The position numbers and the translations under genes are program-made. DNA of 34,237 bases from an uncultured Candidatus Saccharibacteria bacterium (GTDB lineage Bacteria > Patescibacteriota > Minisyncoccia > Minisyncoccales > PWPS01). The notes beneath the pieces are model-generated. The model ran no database searches. It was not told the DNA's origin and saw only the letters and a program-made list of their open reading frames with translations. The stretch lies in contig CAYSXL010000002.1 in assembly GCA_964435025.1 (NCBI GenBank), positions 1-34,237 on the forward strand, given 5' to 3'. Positions 1 to 7,642 of the stretch are shown piece by piece (the first letter of the stretch is position 1; every line of letters begins with the position of its first letter).

Positions 1-5
1 CAGCT

Positions 6-41
6 CCGTGTATACCCTTCGGGTGTACAACGGGGTTTTTG
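6..41 (+). terminator. Terminator-like hairpin at the window edge, presumably ending an upstream + strand gene
   Basis: TGTATACCC (9-17) pairs with GGGTGTACA (21-29), with one G-U pair. CCG/CGG extends the stem, and GGTTTTTGTTT follows. Confidence 0.5.
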
Positions 42-151
42 TTTACTTTTTTTATAAAGTTTGATACCGTTTTTATAAGTAACTTTATTTAAAAAATATT
101 GCAAACAAAGGTCGTCTTAAGATTAATAATTTTAAAAACTAAAATAATTTT

Positions 152-682
152 ATGAAAAATGCAGTAATAGTAATCGTTATTCTTCTTCTAGCAGTAGGTG
201 GATGGTATCTTTATTCACAGCAAGAAGAAGGAGAACCAGAAGAAGAAATTGAAGAATTAGATACTACTGAAGAGAGAGAAGATAAAGAGGACGAAAACCC
301 TTATACGGAAGCTGAGACTATAATTCCGATAGATGATCGTAACGTTGTGATGCACGAAGACCTCGGATCAGTATTGGAAGAAGTTTTTGAAGAGGAAGCA
401 AAACTTATTGATTCAGGAGATATAACAGTTCTTGCTTATGTAGTAAACAGAGAAATCACTTCTGACGATGCAACTGAGATAAAAGATCTTTTAGCGGAAA
501 AGGGTTACGAAACGGAGAGAACCAGCACTAAAGACGGCTTTTATGACCTCGATGTCTCTATTACCGAAGAGGTGTTGGAAGAAAAATATGATGGAGACTT
601 TGGAGGTAATCCCTATATTCAAGTTTGGACTAACGAAAGAGGAGAAGAAAACGCACAAATGGTTATAGTCAAGGCTCTCTAA
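152..682 (+). CDS. Hypothetical N-terminally anchored acidic protein
   Basis: ORF track. N-terminal hydrophobic helix (VIVIVILLLAVGGWYLY) followed by a long E/D-rich linker. A clean terminator lies downstream. No family recognised. Confidence 0.6.
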   Translation: MKNAVIVIVILLLAVGGWYLYSQQEEGEPEEEIEELDTTEEREDKEDENPYTEAETIIPIDDRNVVMHEDLGSVLEEVFEEEAKLIDSGDITVLAYVVNREITSDDATEIKDLLAEKGYETERTSTKDGFYDLDVSITEEVLEEKYDGDFGGNPYIQVWTNERGEENAQMVIVKAL

Positions 683-794
683 AGCCGGGAATACGTCAAA
701 ACGGAAATCTTTAATTTTAGATAGCAGGTAAGAGTGATTATTCAGAGATGATGTTGTTGCTATTAGAGACTTACTACAGGAACGAAATGTAAGA

Positions 795-826
795 GCCCCG
801 ACTTTTTTTATTGTCGGGGCTTTTTG
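795..826 (+). terminator. Rho-independent terminator
   Basis: GCCCCGAC (795-802) pairs with GTCGGGGC (813-820) and is followed by TTTTT. Confidence 0.8.
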
Positions 827-914
827 TTATATTCTTGGTACGGGGGACATTCAGCGAATGTTTTGGGGTGTGACAATCTTCTACAAAGGTCGTTATAAAA
901 AATAAATTAATTTT

Positions 915-995
915 ATGAACAAGACATTGAAAATAGTACTCATTGTTTTCCTTACTCTGTTTGTTATTGGCGGTGCGACTGTTTATTTGGGTTGA
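915..995 (+). CDS. Possible 26-aa hydrophobic micro-ORF, or a nonsense-truncated remnant
   Basis: ATG at 915 gives MNKTLKIVLIVFLTLFVIGGATVYLG, then TGA at 993-995. It is preceded by a GTGACA / TATAAA promoter-like pair and the ACAAAGGTCG motif. It is below the ORF-track length cutoff. Confidence 0.3.
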   Translation: MNKTLKIVLIVFLTLFVIGGATVYLG

Positions 996-1079
996 AGGGT
1001 TATAGGAGGAGTTACGGAAAAGAGACTGGAAGAGTTTAAAGAGGAAGAGGAGAAAAAACCCTATTATTTAGCGGATGTT

Positions 1080-1904
1080 TTATTTTATTATGGACGGGAC
1101 GAAATTTTCACTGTGCTTGTGCTCATCATGATGGTGGTCATGGTCTCCGTTGTGGGAATGAGGAGCTAATAAAGAGAAGGAGAACATAAGAAGAATACCC
1201 ATAGCAAAAGCTAAAAGGTGCAAGAAAAAACACTTCCTACAACTTAGTTCGTGGAAAGAGTGAGGGATAAGGTCTTGAAGAACTACAATAAAAAAGACAC
1301 CCGCGGAAATTCCCAAGAATACGGCTTCCAAGGCGGAAAAGAAAGAAAGGAGAAAAAAGCTTCCAATAGAGCCGATCAGAATGGTTCCCGAAACGGCAAG
1401 ATTAATAAGAATAGCCTTTTTTATGTTGTAGCCTGCTCTTCTTAAAACAAAAAAAATGGATGTTTCTTGTACCAGTTCATGAATAAAGACGCTTACCGTG
1501 GTCACGATTCCTAAATATATGTCTACTGAAAAAGCAACTGTAAGAAGCACTCCATCACCGATATTGTGTATTCCGTTACCGGTGAGAATTTTACGTATAT
1601 CTATGGTCTTTTCCCCTTTTTTTACATTATCGTGCTTATGAGAATGGGGAAGAATCTTAAAGATAAGCCAGATACCGATAGCACCGGCAAAAATCCACAA
1701 CAATCCGCTACTTATTGTGGGCGAATGAATGATAGCCTCTCTTCCCAACTCGTATGAAACGAAAAGAAACAACCCGGCAGTAAAACTTATTAGTAATCCC
1801 AGATTTCTTTCTATAGTTTTTCCGATTATTTTCCAAAAAGAGAGAGCTCCTCCGAAAGCTGCGAGCATCACAATAAAAGAAGCTGTGAATATTTCTAAAA
1901 GCAT
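1080..1904 (-). CDS. ZIP-family (ZupT-like) divalent metal permease
   Basis: Polytopic hydrophobic profile. GIHNIGDGVLL and FIHELVQE motifs are typical of ZIP transporters. His-rich C-terminal tail HSHNGDHDHHHDEHKH. Confidence 0.8.
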   Translation of the reverse strand: MLLEIFTASFIVMLAAFGGALSFWKIIGKTIERNLGLLISFTAGLFLFVSYELGREAIIHSPTISSGLLWIFAGAIGIWLIFKILPHSHKHDNVKKGEKTIDIRKILTGNGIHNIGDGVLLTVAFSVDIYLGIVTTVSVFIHELVQETSIFFVLRRAGYNIKKAILINLAVSGTILIGSIGSFFLLSFFSALEAVFLGISAGVFFIVVLQDLIPHSFHELSCRKCFFLHLLAFAMGILLMFSFSLLAPHSHNGDHDHHHDEHKHSENFVPSIIK

Positions 1905-2174
1905 ATTATATTTTATTTTAGTATTTTACTTATTTCGGGTATTTTATACTTTTTCTTATACATATCAAGTAGAAGAAATATAAATCAAAAAGAAATCCGA
2001 ATTTTATTTACAAATCTTTTTATATGTTGTAAAGTTCTGTTAAGGTCATATCTAATACAGCTTTGTGTAGTGTAAAAAACAAATAATGCGGGGTAATAAA
2101 GGTACTGTTTACAGTTTTTTCCCAAAGTATTATTATAAATTAAAGGTCTTTATAAAATTATAATTAAATAATTT

Positions 2175-2591
2175 ATGTCCGAGGAAAACAACTTTCAAGA
2201 GGAAGATAACGTGGAAGAAGAAAATAGTAACCACGAAGAAGGGCAAGCCGACACCGGAGAAGAAACTAAAGAAGAGAAGGCAGGGGAAAAATCCGAGGGA
2301 GTGAATGCAATAGCTATTCTCAGTTATATCGGAATCCTTGTTTTAGTTCCTCTACTTGCCGCTAAAGACGATGAGTTTGCCCAGTATCACGCAAAACAGG
2401 GGCTCGTCTTACTCATTGCGGGAGTAGTCGCTATGTTTATAGGAGTGATACCTATTTTAGGGTGGATACTTGCTCCTCTTATTACTTTGGCATGCTTAAT
2501 TCTTGCCATTCTGGGGATCGTAAACGTCTTAAAAAAACAAAAAAAGGAACTTCCTGTCATCGGGAAGTATGCTAAGCAGTTCAAGATTTAA
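2175..2591 (+). CDS. Small membrane protein with an acidic N-terminal tail (DUF4870-like)
   Basis: E/D-rich 45-aa N-terminus followed by hydrophobic helices. AILSYIGILVLVPLL..DEFAQYHAKQGL resembles the DUF4870-type motif. This is recognised from memory only. Confidence 0.55.
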   Translation: MSEENNFQEEDNVEEENSNHEEGQADTGEETKEEKAGEKSEGVNAIAILSYIGILVLVPLLAAKDDEFAQYHAKQGLVLLIAGVVAMFIGVIPILGWILAPLITLACLILAILGIVNVLKKQKKELPVIGKYAKQFKI

Positions 2592-2607
2592 GTAGACATA
2601 GATTAGA

Positions 2608-2757
2608 ATGGAAGAAAAAAAAGGAAACCTTTGTCTTTTTCCGACATGTCCGAAATGTGAGAAGGGGACGCTTTTACCTTTCTCTTACAAGGAAGACGTT
2701 TTTGAGAAGTGGAAGTGTTCGAATCCGGAGTGCGGATATGTAATCGAAAAAAGATAA
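2608..2757 (+). CDS. 49-aa zinc-ribbon protein (below the ORF-track cutoff)
   Basis: My own translation gives MEEKKGNLCLFPTCPKCEKGTLLPFSYKEDVFEKWKCSNPECGYVIEKR, ending in TAA at 2755-2757. It has two Cys pairs, CPKC and CSNPEC. It starts 17 nt after the previous gene on the same strand. Confidence 0.5.
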   Translation: MEEKKGNLCLFPTCPKCEKGTLLPFSYKEDVFEKWKCSNPECGYVIEKR

Positions 2758-2873
2758 CGGAGAAAACGTATATAGTTTTAAACCATGTGTTTATGTAAGG
2801 GCACATGGTTTTGCTTTTTGCTTTCTTTGGTTTATGTTATTATGGGCGAAAGAGTGAGTGTGAGGAAAAAGAC

Positions 2874-3722
2874 ATGAATTTTAAAAAAACTACAATAGGA
2901 ATCGCCCTTTTGGCTTTTGTTTCTTTGGGAATAGGCTTTACTCCTGTTTATGCCGGTGAAGAAGTAAAACTGGAGGGATTAAGAGTTCAAAAAGAAAGAG
3001 TGGAAAGGATAGGAGAGCTTGCTTTTGTGTTGCTCCAAGAGGCTCAGTTCAAGAGAAGAGGAGATGTGGTGAGAGCTGTAAGAAAATTAAACAACAGTAT
3101 TGAAAATATCAAAAAACGAGTAGAAGTAAGAATAGAAGAAGAAAAAGAGAAAAACATAGAATTTATAAAGTCTGCAAACAAACCGGAAGAACTCGTAAAT
3201 TTCTTCTTAAACAACCCTACTTTAAAAAATTTCGAGAGGACGTGTGAAAGATCCAGGGAAGTAAAACTTTTAGTAACCGGAAGCAACGAAACATTGTATG
3301 ACGAGTGGTATATGTGCCAAGATTACTTAAGAAGTGAAGATAATGCGGAATATATTTTTACCAAACCGAAGGAGGAGCATAAAATAGACCTTGCCGGATT
3401 TGACGCAGATGAGATTTCCGAACATAAACTGGCATATAATGAAAAAATAGAGCATATTATTGAAAACCACAATTTTTACGCCTTTAAGAAGCAGAGCTCA
3501 AGAGTGTTTGTGGGAGGAAAGTGGATAGAAATAGAAGTTTCCGGAAATAATCCACGGGAATACATTGAGCCGTATCTCGGAAGCGGAAGAAGAAATTATC
3601 TTCGGATACTGGGAATTACCGCTCCGAATGAAATGATAGAAGAGCTTAAGGATATATTTAAAAAAATACAATTGGAAGAGGAGATGAGAGAAATTCAGGA
3701 AAAATTGGATGAAATGGATTAA
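2874..3722 (+). CDS. Hypothetical secreted/anchored protein
   Basis: ORF track 2805..3722. I prefer the internal ATG at 2874 because MNFKKTTIGIALLAFVSLGIGFTPVYA looks like a signal peptide. No family recognised. Confidence 0.6.
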   Translation: MNFKKTTIGIALLAFVSLGIGFTPVYAGEEVKLEGLRVQKERVERIGELAFVLLQEAQFKRRGDVVRAVRKLNNSIENIKKRVEVRIEEEKEKNIEFIKSANKPEELVNFFLNNPTLKNFERTCERSREVKLLVTGSNETLYDEWYMCQDYLRSEDNAEYIFTKPKEEHKIDLAGFDADEISEHKLAYNEKIEHIIENHNFYAFKKQSSRVFVGGKWIEIEVSGNNPREYIEPYLGSGRRNYLRILGITAPNEMIEELKDIFKKIQLEEEMREIQEKLDEMD

Positions 3723-3851
3723 ATAAGCAGAGCAAAAAATATTATTATACGAGTATTTTCATGGAAAATAAAAGAGATAGCATAGTAGGCTCGATTAAAG
3801 AAGCGAGAGAAAAAGGCGTAAAGGAAGAACTGATTTTAAAGGAATGATGTA

Positions 3852-3880
3852 TTGTAAACGAGCCTTTTCTTTCGTATAAT
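3852..3880 (+). promoter_or_regulatory. Sigma-70-type promoter for the HAMP gene
   Basis: TTGTAA (3852-3857), a 17-nt spacer, then TATAAT (3875-3880). Confidence 0.6.
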
Positions 3881-3920
3881 GAACCGGAGGCGTAAATTTA
3901 AAAATATGTTATAGTAAACT

Positions 3921-4571
3921 ATGCGACTTACGGCAAAGCTTATCCTTATTTTCGTTCTTGTAGGCGTTATCCCGCTCCTTCTTGGGGGGGCGTTTTTGCT
4001 TTATTCTTTCGATGCTTATTTAGGAGATATACTCCCACCGGAGAAGTTGGACGGGTCTGCCTCTTTCTTGCAAGAAATAGTGGGAGGGTATATAGCTTTT
4101 TCGATAGTTTTGCTTTTGCCGATAACTCTCACCTCTTTCTTTCTCTCCAGAGAAATAACAAGACCTTTAAAAGACATTTCTCTTGCGGCCAAAAAAGTTG
4201 CCAGGGGAAATTTTAAAGCCAGAGCCGAGGTTTCGGGAAAAGACGAGTTTGGGGAACTCGCGGAAAATTTTAATAAAATGACAAAAGATTTGGGTACCTT
4301 GAGGGAAGATTTGGAAGAAAAGAGGAACATTTTAGAAGTTAAGGTGAAAGCAAGAACAAGAGAACTTGAAGAAATGAACGAGACTCTGGAAAGCCAGGTT
4401 AAAGAGAGAACCCGAGAAATGGAGAAAAAACTGGAAGAGTTCGAGAAAATGAGTAAATTGATGGTGGGAAGAGAGCTGAGGATGAAGGAAATGAAAAAGG
4501 AACTTAAACAAACAAAAGAAGAACTTGAGAAATTAAAAAAGGAAACGGGGCGAGATGTTTCCGATAAATAA
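3921..4571 (+). CDS. Membrane HAMP-domain protein with a long coiled coil and no output domain
   Basis: Two TM segments. HAMP-like segment REITRPLKDISLAAKKVARGNF..DEFGELAENFNKMTKDL. This is followed by heptad-rich K/E coiled coil including MVGRELRMKEMKKEL. Confidence 0.75.
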   Translation: MRLTAKLILIFVLVGVIPLLLGGAFLLYSFDAYLGDILPPEKLDGSASFLQEIVGGYIAFSIVLLLPITLTSFFLSREITRPLKDISLAAKKVARGNFKARAEVSGKDEFGELAENFNKMTKDLGTLREDLEEKRNILEVKVKARTRELEEMNETLESQVKERTREMEKKLEEFEKMSKLMVGRELRMKEMKKELKQTKEELEKLKKETGRDVSDK

Positions 4572-4580
4572 TTTTTTCAA

Positions 4581-5879
4581 ATGATACCAAAAAGATTTCT
4601 TTTAATTTCCGGGGTAGCCATAGTACTCGTAACCGTGATTCTTGTTGTTATCTTTTCTGAGCAACGTAAGAGGAGTGTGCCAAAACACATCTCCGCGGAA
4701 ACAGAATCATTTGAGAGCATAGTATTAAATTGGATTGGAAATGAAGATGCAAGCCAGTTTAATGTTTACCGCTCAGAGAATAAGGAGGGGCCCTACGAAA
4801 GAGTGGGATTTAGCAAGGAAAACGAGTACGTGGACGATGAATTGCAACCTAATAAAAAATACCACTATAAAATTACGCAGATTGTAAATTTCAGGGAAAG
4901 TGATTACAGCTCGAGAGCGAGCGCCGTTACCAGACCCGGAAAGCCTGTGGGTCTCAGGGCTAATGCCGTGGATTTTCAGGAAAGCTTGCAGATGAGAATA
5001 GAACTTGTTTGGGATTATTCCGTGGGAGTGGAAGAGTACGGTGTTTATCGCACCGAGGATAAGGACGGGCTTTACGAGAAAATAGCTACTACCACTCAAG
5101 ATGAGTATATCGATTTCGATTTACATCCCGAGACTACCTATTACTATGTGGTAACTCAAACCGTAGAAGGAAAGGAGAGCGTCTATAGTAATAGAGCGAG
5201 CGCGACAACGGGATCCGATTGGGATTGTGGCGATACCATTTCACATGGCGGGAGGAACTATGATACTTTAAAAATAGGAGAGCAGTGTTGGTTTTTGGAG
5301 AATATAGATATTACACAGAATGATCTTGAAAGAGATTGCGAAGTAGAGAGGCACTGTTATGACAATAATCTTGTTAATTGTGGTACCTATGGAGGACTTT
5401 ATGATTTTTCCAGCATAAGCTGTGGAGAGGGTTATGAAGGTATGCAAGGAATTTGCCCTTCCGGATGGAAAATACCTACGGACGAAGATTGGAGAAGCTT
5501 GGAGATGGAGATGGGAATGGAAGAGGAACAAACGAAAGGATACGGATTCCGTGGAGGGGAAGAAGGGAGTAAGCTCGCCGGCAGATATGATTTATGGAAA
5601 AGTGGAGTCTTGCGGCAAAGCGGATCATTCGCTTCTTCCGGACTGAACATTATCCCGGGAGGGCATCAGCCTGCGTTTAATCTAAGACTTTTTTATGATA
5701 TTGGAGAGGGAGCCCTACTTTGGTCATCAACTCGCGCGAATGAAGATGAGGCTTGTATGTACTATGAAGATGCCTATGCGGTAAGAGAAATAAGTTCGGA
5801 TGAGACTGCCATAAAAAAAGATTGCCACCTGGGGGTGGGAACGGCGCAACTTCGTTGCATGAGGGATTACGATAAGTAA
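4581..5879 (+). CDS. Anchored surface protein: two FN3-like repeats plus a C-terminal FISUMP (Fibrobacter succinogenes major paralogous, TIGR02145-like) domain
   Basis: N-terminal TM. Two repeats with the same pattern (..NWIGNEDASQFNVYRSE..Y..V and ..LVWDYSVGVEEYGVYRTE..Y..I). C-terminal GGRNYDTLKIGEQCWFLENI ... CPSGWKIPTDEDWRSLE is typical of FISUMP domains. Confidence 0.75.
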   Translation: MIPKRFLLISGVAIVLVTVILVVIFSEQRKRSVPKHISAETESFESIVLNWIGNEDASQFNVYRSENKEGPYERVGFSKENEYVDDELQPNKKYHYKITQIVNFRESDYSSRASAVTRPGKPVGLRANAVDFQESLQMRIELVWDYSVGVEEYGVYRTEDKDGLYEKIATTTQDEYIDFDLHPETTYYYVVTQTVEGKESVYSNRASATTGSDWDCGDTISHGGRNYDTLKIGEQCWFLENIDITQNDLERDCEVERHCYDNNLVNCGTYGGLYDFSSISCGEGYEGMQGICPSGWKIPTDEDWRSLEMEMGMEEEQTKGYGFRGGEEGSKLAGRYDLWKSGVLRQSGSFASSGLNIIPGGHQPAFNLRLFYDIGEGALLWSSTRANEDEACMYYEDAYAVREISSDETAIKKDCHLGVGTAQLRCMRDYDK

Positions 5880-5970
5880 AAAATTGTTGCTCTATTAATA
5901 ATTTTTTGGTAAAGTAAAAGAATTAATTGATTATAAGTTCTAATTCAATGCCTTTCGCATTGCAAAATAT

Positions 5971-6744
5971 ATGGAAACAAATATAAGAAAAGCCCTTTAT
6001 CTTGTGGGAATAGTGGTCGGTGTCACCGCAGTTATGGGCGTTGCCGTGTATTTTTTGTATTCCCAGGTCGAGTATGTTGATCTCATTGACAAGAAAATTG
6101 TTATCTCGGAAGCGGACGATACTCTTGAAGTAGTTGATGAAGATGACAATATCGCTTTTAGTTATACTTTATCGGAATGGCGTGATTGGACACAAGACAG
6201 GTGGGAGTATCTATTCAAAAGACCGATTGAAGTTGACGGTATAGAACTGAGCCCCCAAAGCTTTGAGCGGTTTACTGCCGCATCTCCTCTTACGGATCCG
6301 ATAAAGATGGTCTTTGCCGTATCTACCTACGCTATGCCCACAGACGCTTCTCTCTTTTTTACTCTCGATATAAGAAGTAAAGAGCTTAAGTTTGTTGGTG
6401 AGAAAAACAAAGGTGTTATCGGAAATGTGATTTGGTCTCCGGAAGGCACCCATTTTGCTTATTTTCTAAATACTGAGGAAGCACCGGGAGAATATCTTAC
6501 CGTAGACAATATAAAAACATTGGAAAAAGAGTTTGTGCTTGAAGATGAGGATATTCTATTAGCTCTTGGAGTGGAAGAAGAAGAGATAGAAGAGGGAGAA
6601 GTTGACTTTGCCCCCGAGTTTCGCAGTATAGAATGGGAAGAAGATGAGGAGAGGCTCATGTTTACCACAAATGCACTGGAAGAGGGAGAAGAGGTTCGGT
6701 GGTATATCAATAAAGACGGGACCGATATTGCAGAAAGAGATTAG
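5971..6744 (+). CDS. Hypothetical N-terminally anchored protein with an acidic C-terminal half
   Basis: ORF track. N-terminal TM (ALYLVGIVVGVTAVMGVAVYFLY). WSPEGTHFAY resembles a beta-propeller repeat signature. No family recognised. Confidence 0.55.
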   Translation: METNIRKALYLVGIVVGVTAVMGVAVYFLYSQVEYVDLIDKKIVISEADDTLEVVDEDDNIAFSYTLSEWRDWTQDRWEYLFKRPIEVDGIELSPQSFERFTAASPLTDPIKMVFAVSTYAMPTDASLFFTLDIRSKELKFVGEKNKGVIGNVIWSPEGTHFAYFLNTEEAPGEYLTVDNIKTLEKEFVLEDEDILLALGVEEEEIEEGEVDFAPEFRSIEWEEDEERLMFTTNALEEGEEVRWYINKDGTDIAERD

Positions 6745-6747
6745 TTT

Positions 6748-7161
6748 ATGGAAACAGCTCTTTTAATTTACGGCTTATGCCTTCTTCTGCTTATAATTGC
6801 TGACGGCATTTGGCTCGGTTTTGTAGTTAAGAATTTCGTCAAAAGACATATAGGGCATTTGATGGGAGAAAAGTTGAGAGTTGGTCCTGTTGTCTTTTTC
6901 TACCCTCTTTATGCTCTCGGGATAACCTTTTTGGTTGTTTTTCCGGCATTTAGCGGAAATCTTGAAGTATGGAAAGTGTTTTTATCGGGATGTCTTCTGG
7001 GGGTGGTCGCTTACGGAGCTTATGATTTGACCAACTTTGCCACTTTGAAAGGGTGGTCCTTTACCATGACCGTTCTGGATATGGCGTGGGGAACTTTGCT
7101 CACGGGGTCGGTAAGCACAATCACTTTTTGTTTAACAGGTATTATTTTAAAAGTAATTTAG
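6748..7161 (+). CDS. DUF2177-like integral membrane protein
   Basis: Four hydrophobic segments. ADGIWLGFVVKNF at the N-terminus and YDLTNFATLKGW....LDMAWGT match the DUF2177 signature as I remember it. It starts 4 nt after the previous gene. Confidence 0.6.
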   Translation: METALLIYGLCLLLLIIADGIWLGFVVKNFVKRHIGHLMGEKLRVGPVVFFYPLYALGITFLVVFPAFSGNLEVWKVFLSGCLLGVVAYGAYDLTNFATLKGWSFTMTVLDMAWGTLLTGSVSTITFCLTGIILKVI

Positions 7162-7164
7162 ATT

Positions 7165-7608
7165 ATGAATAAAAACATTATTGCGTTATTAATTGGAGTT
7201 CTCTTAGTAGGCGCTTCTCTTTATATAGTTACATTGGAAGAAGAGGCTGACCCGGGAGAAACTGTAGAAAGTGAAGATGTAGAGAGAGACGATGAAGAAG
7301 AAACGGAAGAGGAGCCGGAAACAGGAGTAGAGGGAAGTAATGGAATGGAAACCCTTGTAGGTTGTCTTGAAGAAGAGAATGTGGTTATTTACGGGAGTAA
7401 AACTTGTCCTGCTTGCGGGATGCTTGCGGATAGCTTCGGCGGGTATGACATGATCGAACCCATCTATATTGAATGTAGTGAGAATTGGGATGAATGTAGC
7501 AAAAATAAAGAAACAGGGTTCGTTCCCGAAATCCAAATAGGTGGCGAACTTCACGAAGGAAGCCGTAATCCGGAAGCTCTTGCCGATGCGGTAGGGTGCA
7601 AGGTTTAA
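7165..7608 (+). CDS. Anchored thioredoxin/glutaredoxin-fold protein (CPAC motif)
   Basis: N-terminal TM and an acidic linker, then VVIYGSKTCPACGML, a CxxC redox motif placed as in the Trx fold. Confidence 0.6.
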   Translation: MNKNIIALLIGVLLVGASLYIVTLEEEADPGETVESEDVERDDEEETEEEPETGVEGSNGMETLVGCLEEENVVIYGSKTCPACGMLADSFGGYDMIEPIYIECSENWDECSKNKETGFVPEIQIGGELHEGSRNPEALADAVGCKV

Positions 7609-7642
7609 TTTAAAAAACAAACCACCGGAAGGTGAGGGAGTG

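Noticed and set aside
915-1170. In-frame TGA at 993-995. Read-through would extend the micro-ORF into a plausible acidic segment (RVIGGVTEKRLEEFKEEEEKKPYY), which hints at TGA recoding (code 4 or 25).
   Set aside because: TGA clearly terminates well-supported genes here: HIT at 19300-19302, ybeY at 20170-20172, ftsA at 21484-21486 and the membrane protein at 10059-10061. The far end of the extension is just the antisense of the His-rich tail of the ZIP gene. At most this is a nonsense-disrupted relic.
2717-2726. GTTCGAATCC, a tRNA T-loop-like string.
   Set aside because: The flanking 5-mers (AAGTG / GGAGT) are not complementary, so no T-stem or cloverleaf can form. The string lies inside the Zn-ribbon ORF.
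2603-2806. 67-aa minus-strand ORF from the track.
   Set aside because: It is antisense to a better plus-strand Zn-ribbon ORF (2608..2757). It lies opposite to the flanking gene direction and its sequence looks implausible.
3761-3847. 28-aa ORF (MENKRDSIVGSIKEAREKGVKEELILKE) between the 2874 ORF and the HAMP gene.
   Set aside because: It is too short, has no SD or recognisable motif, and ends just upstream of the HAMP promoter -35. The evidence is not sufficient to call it.
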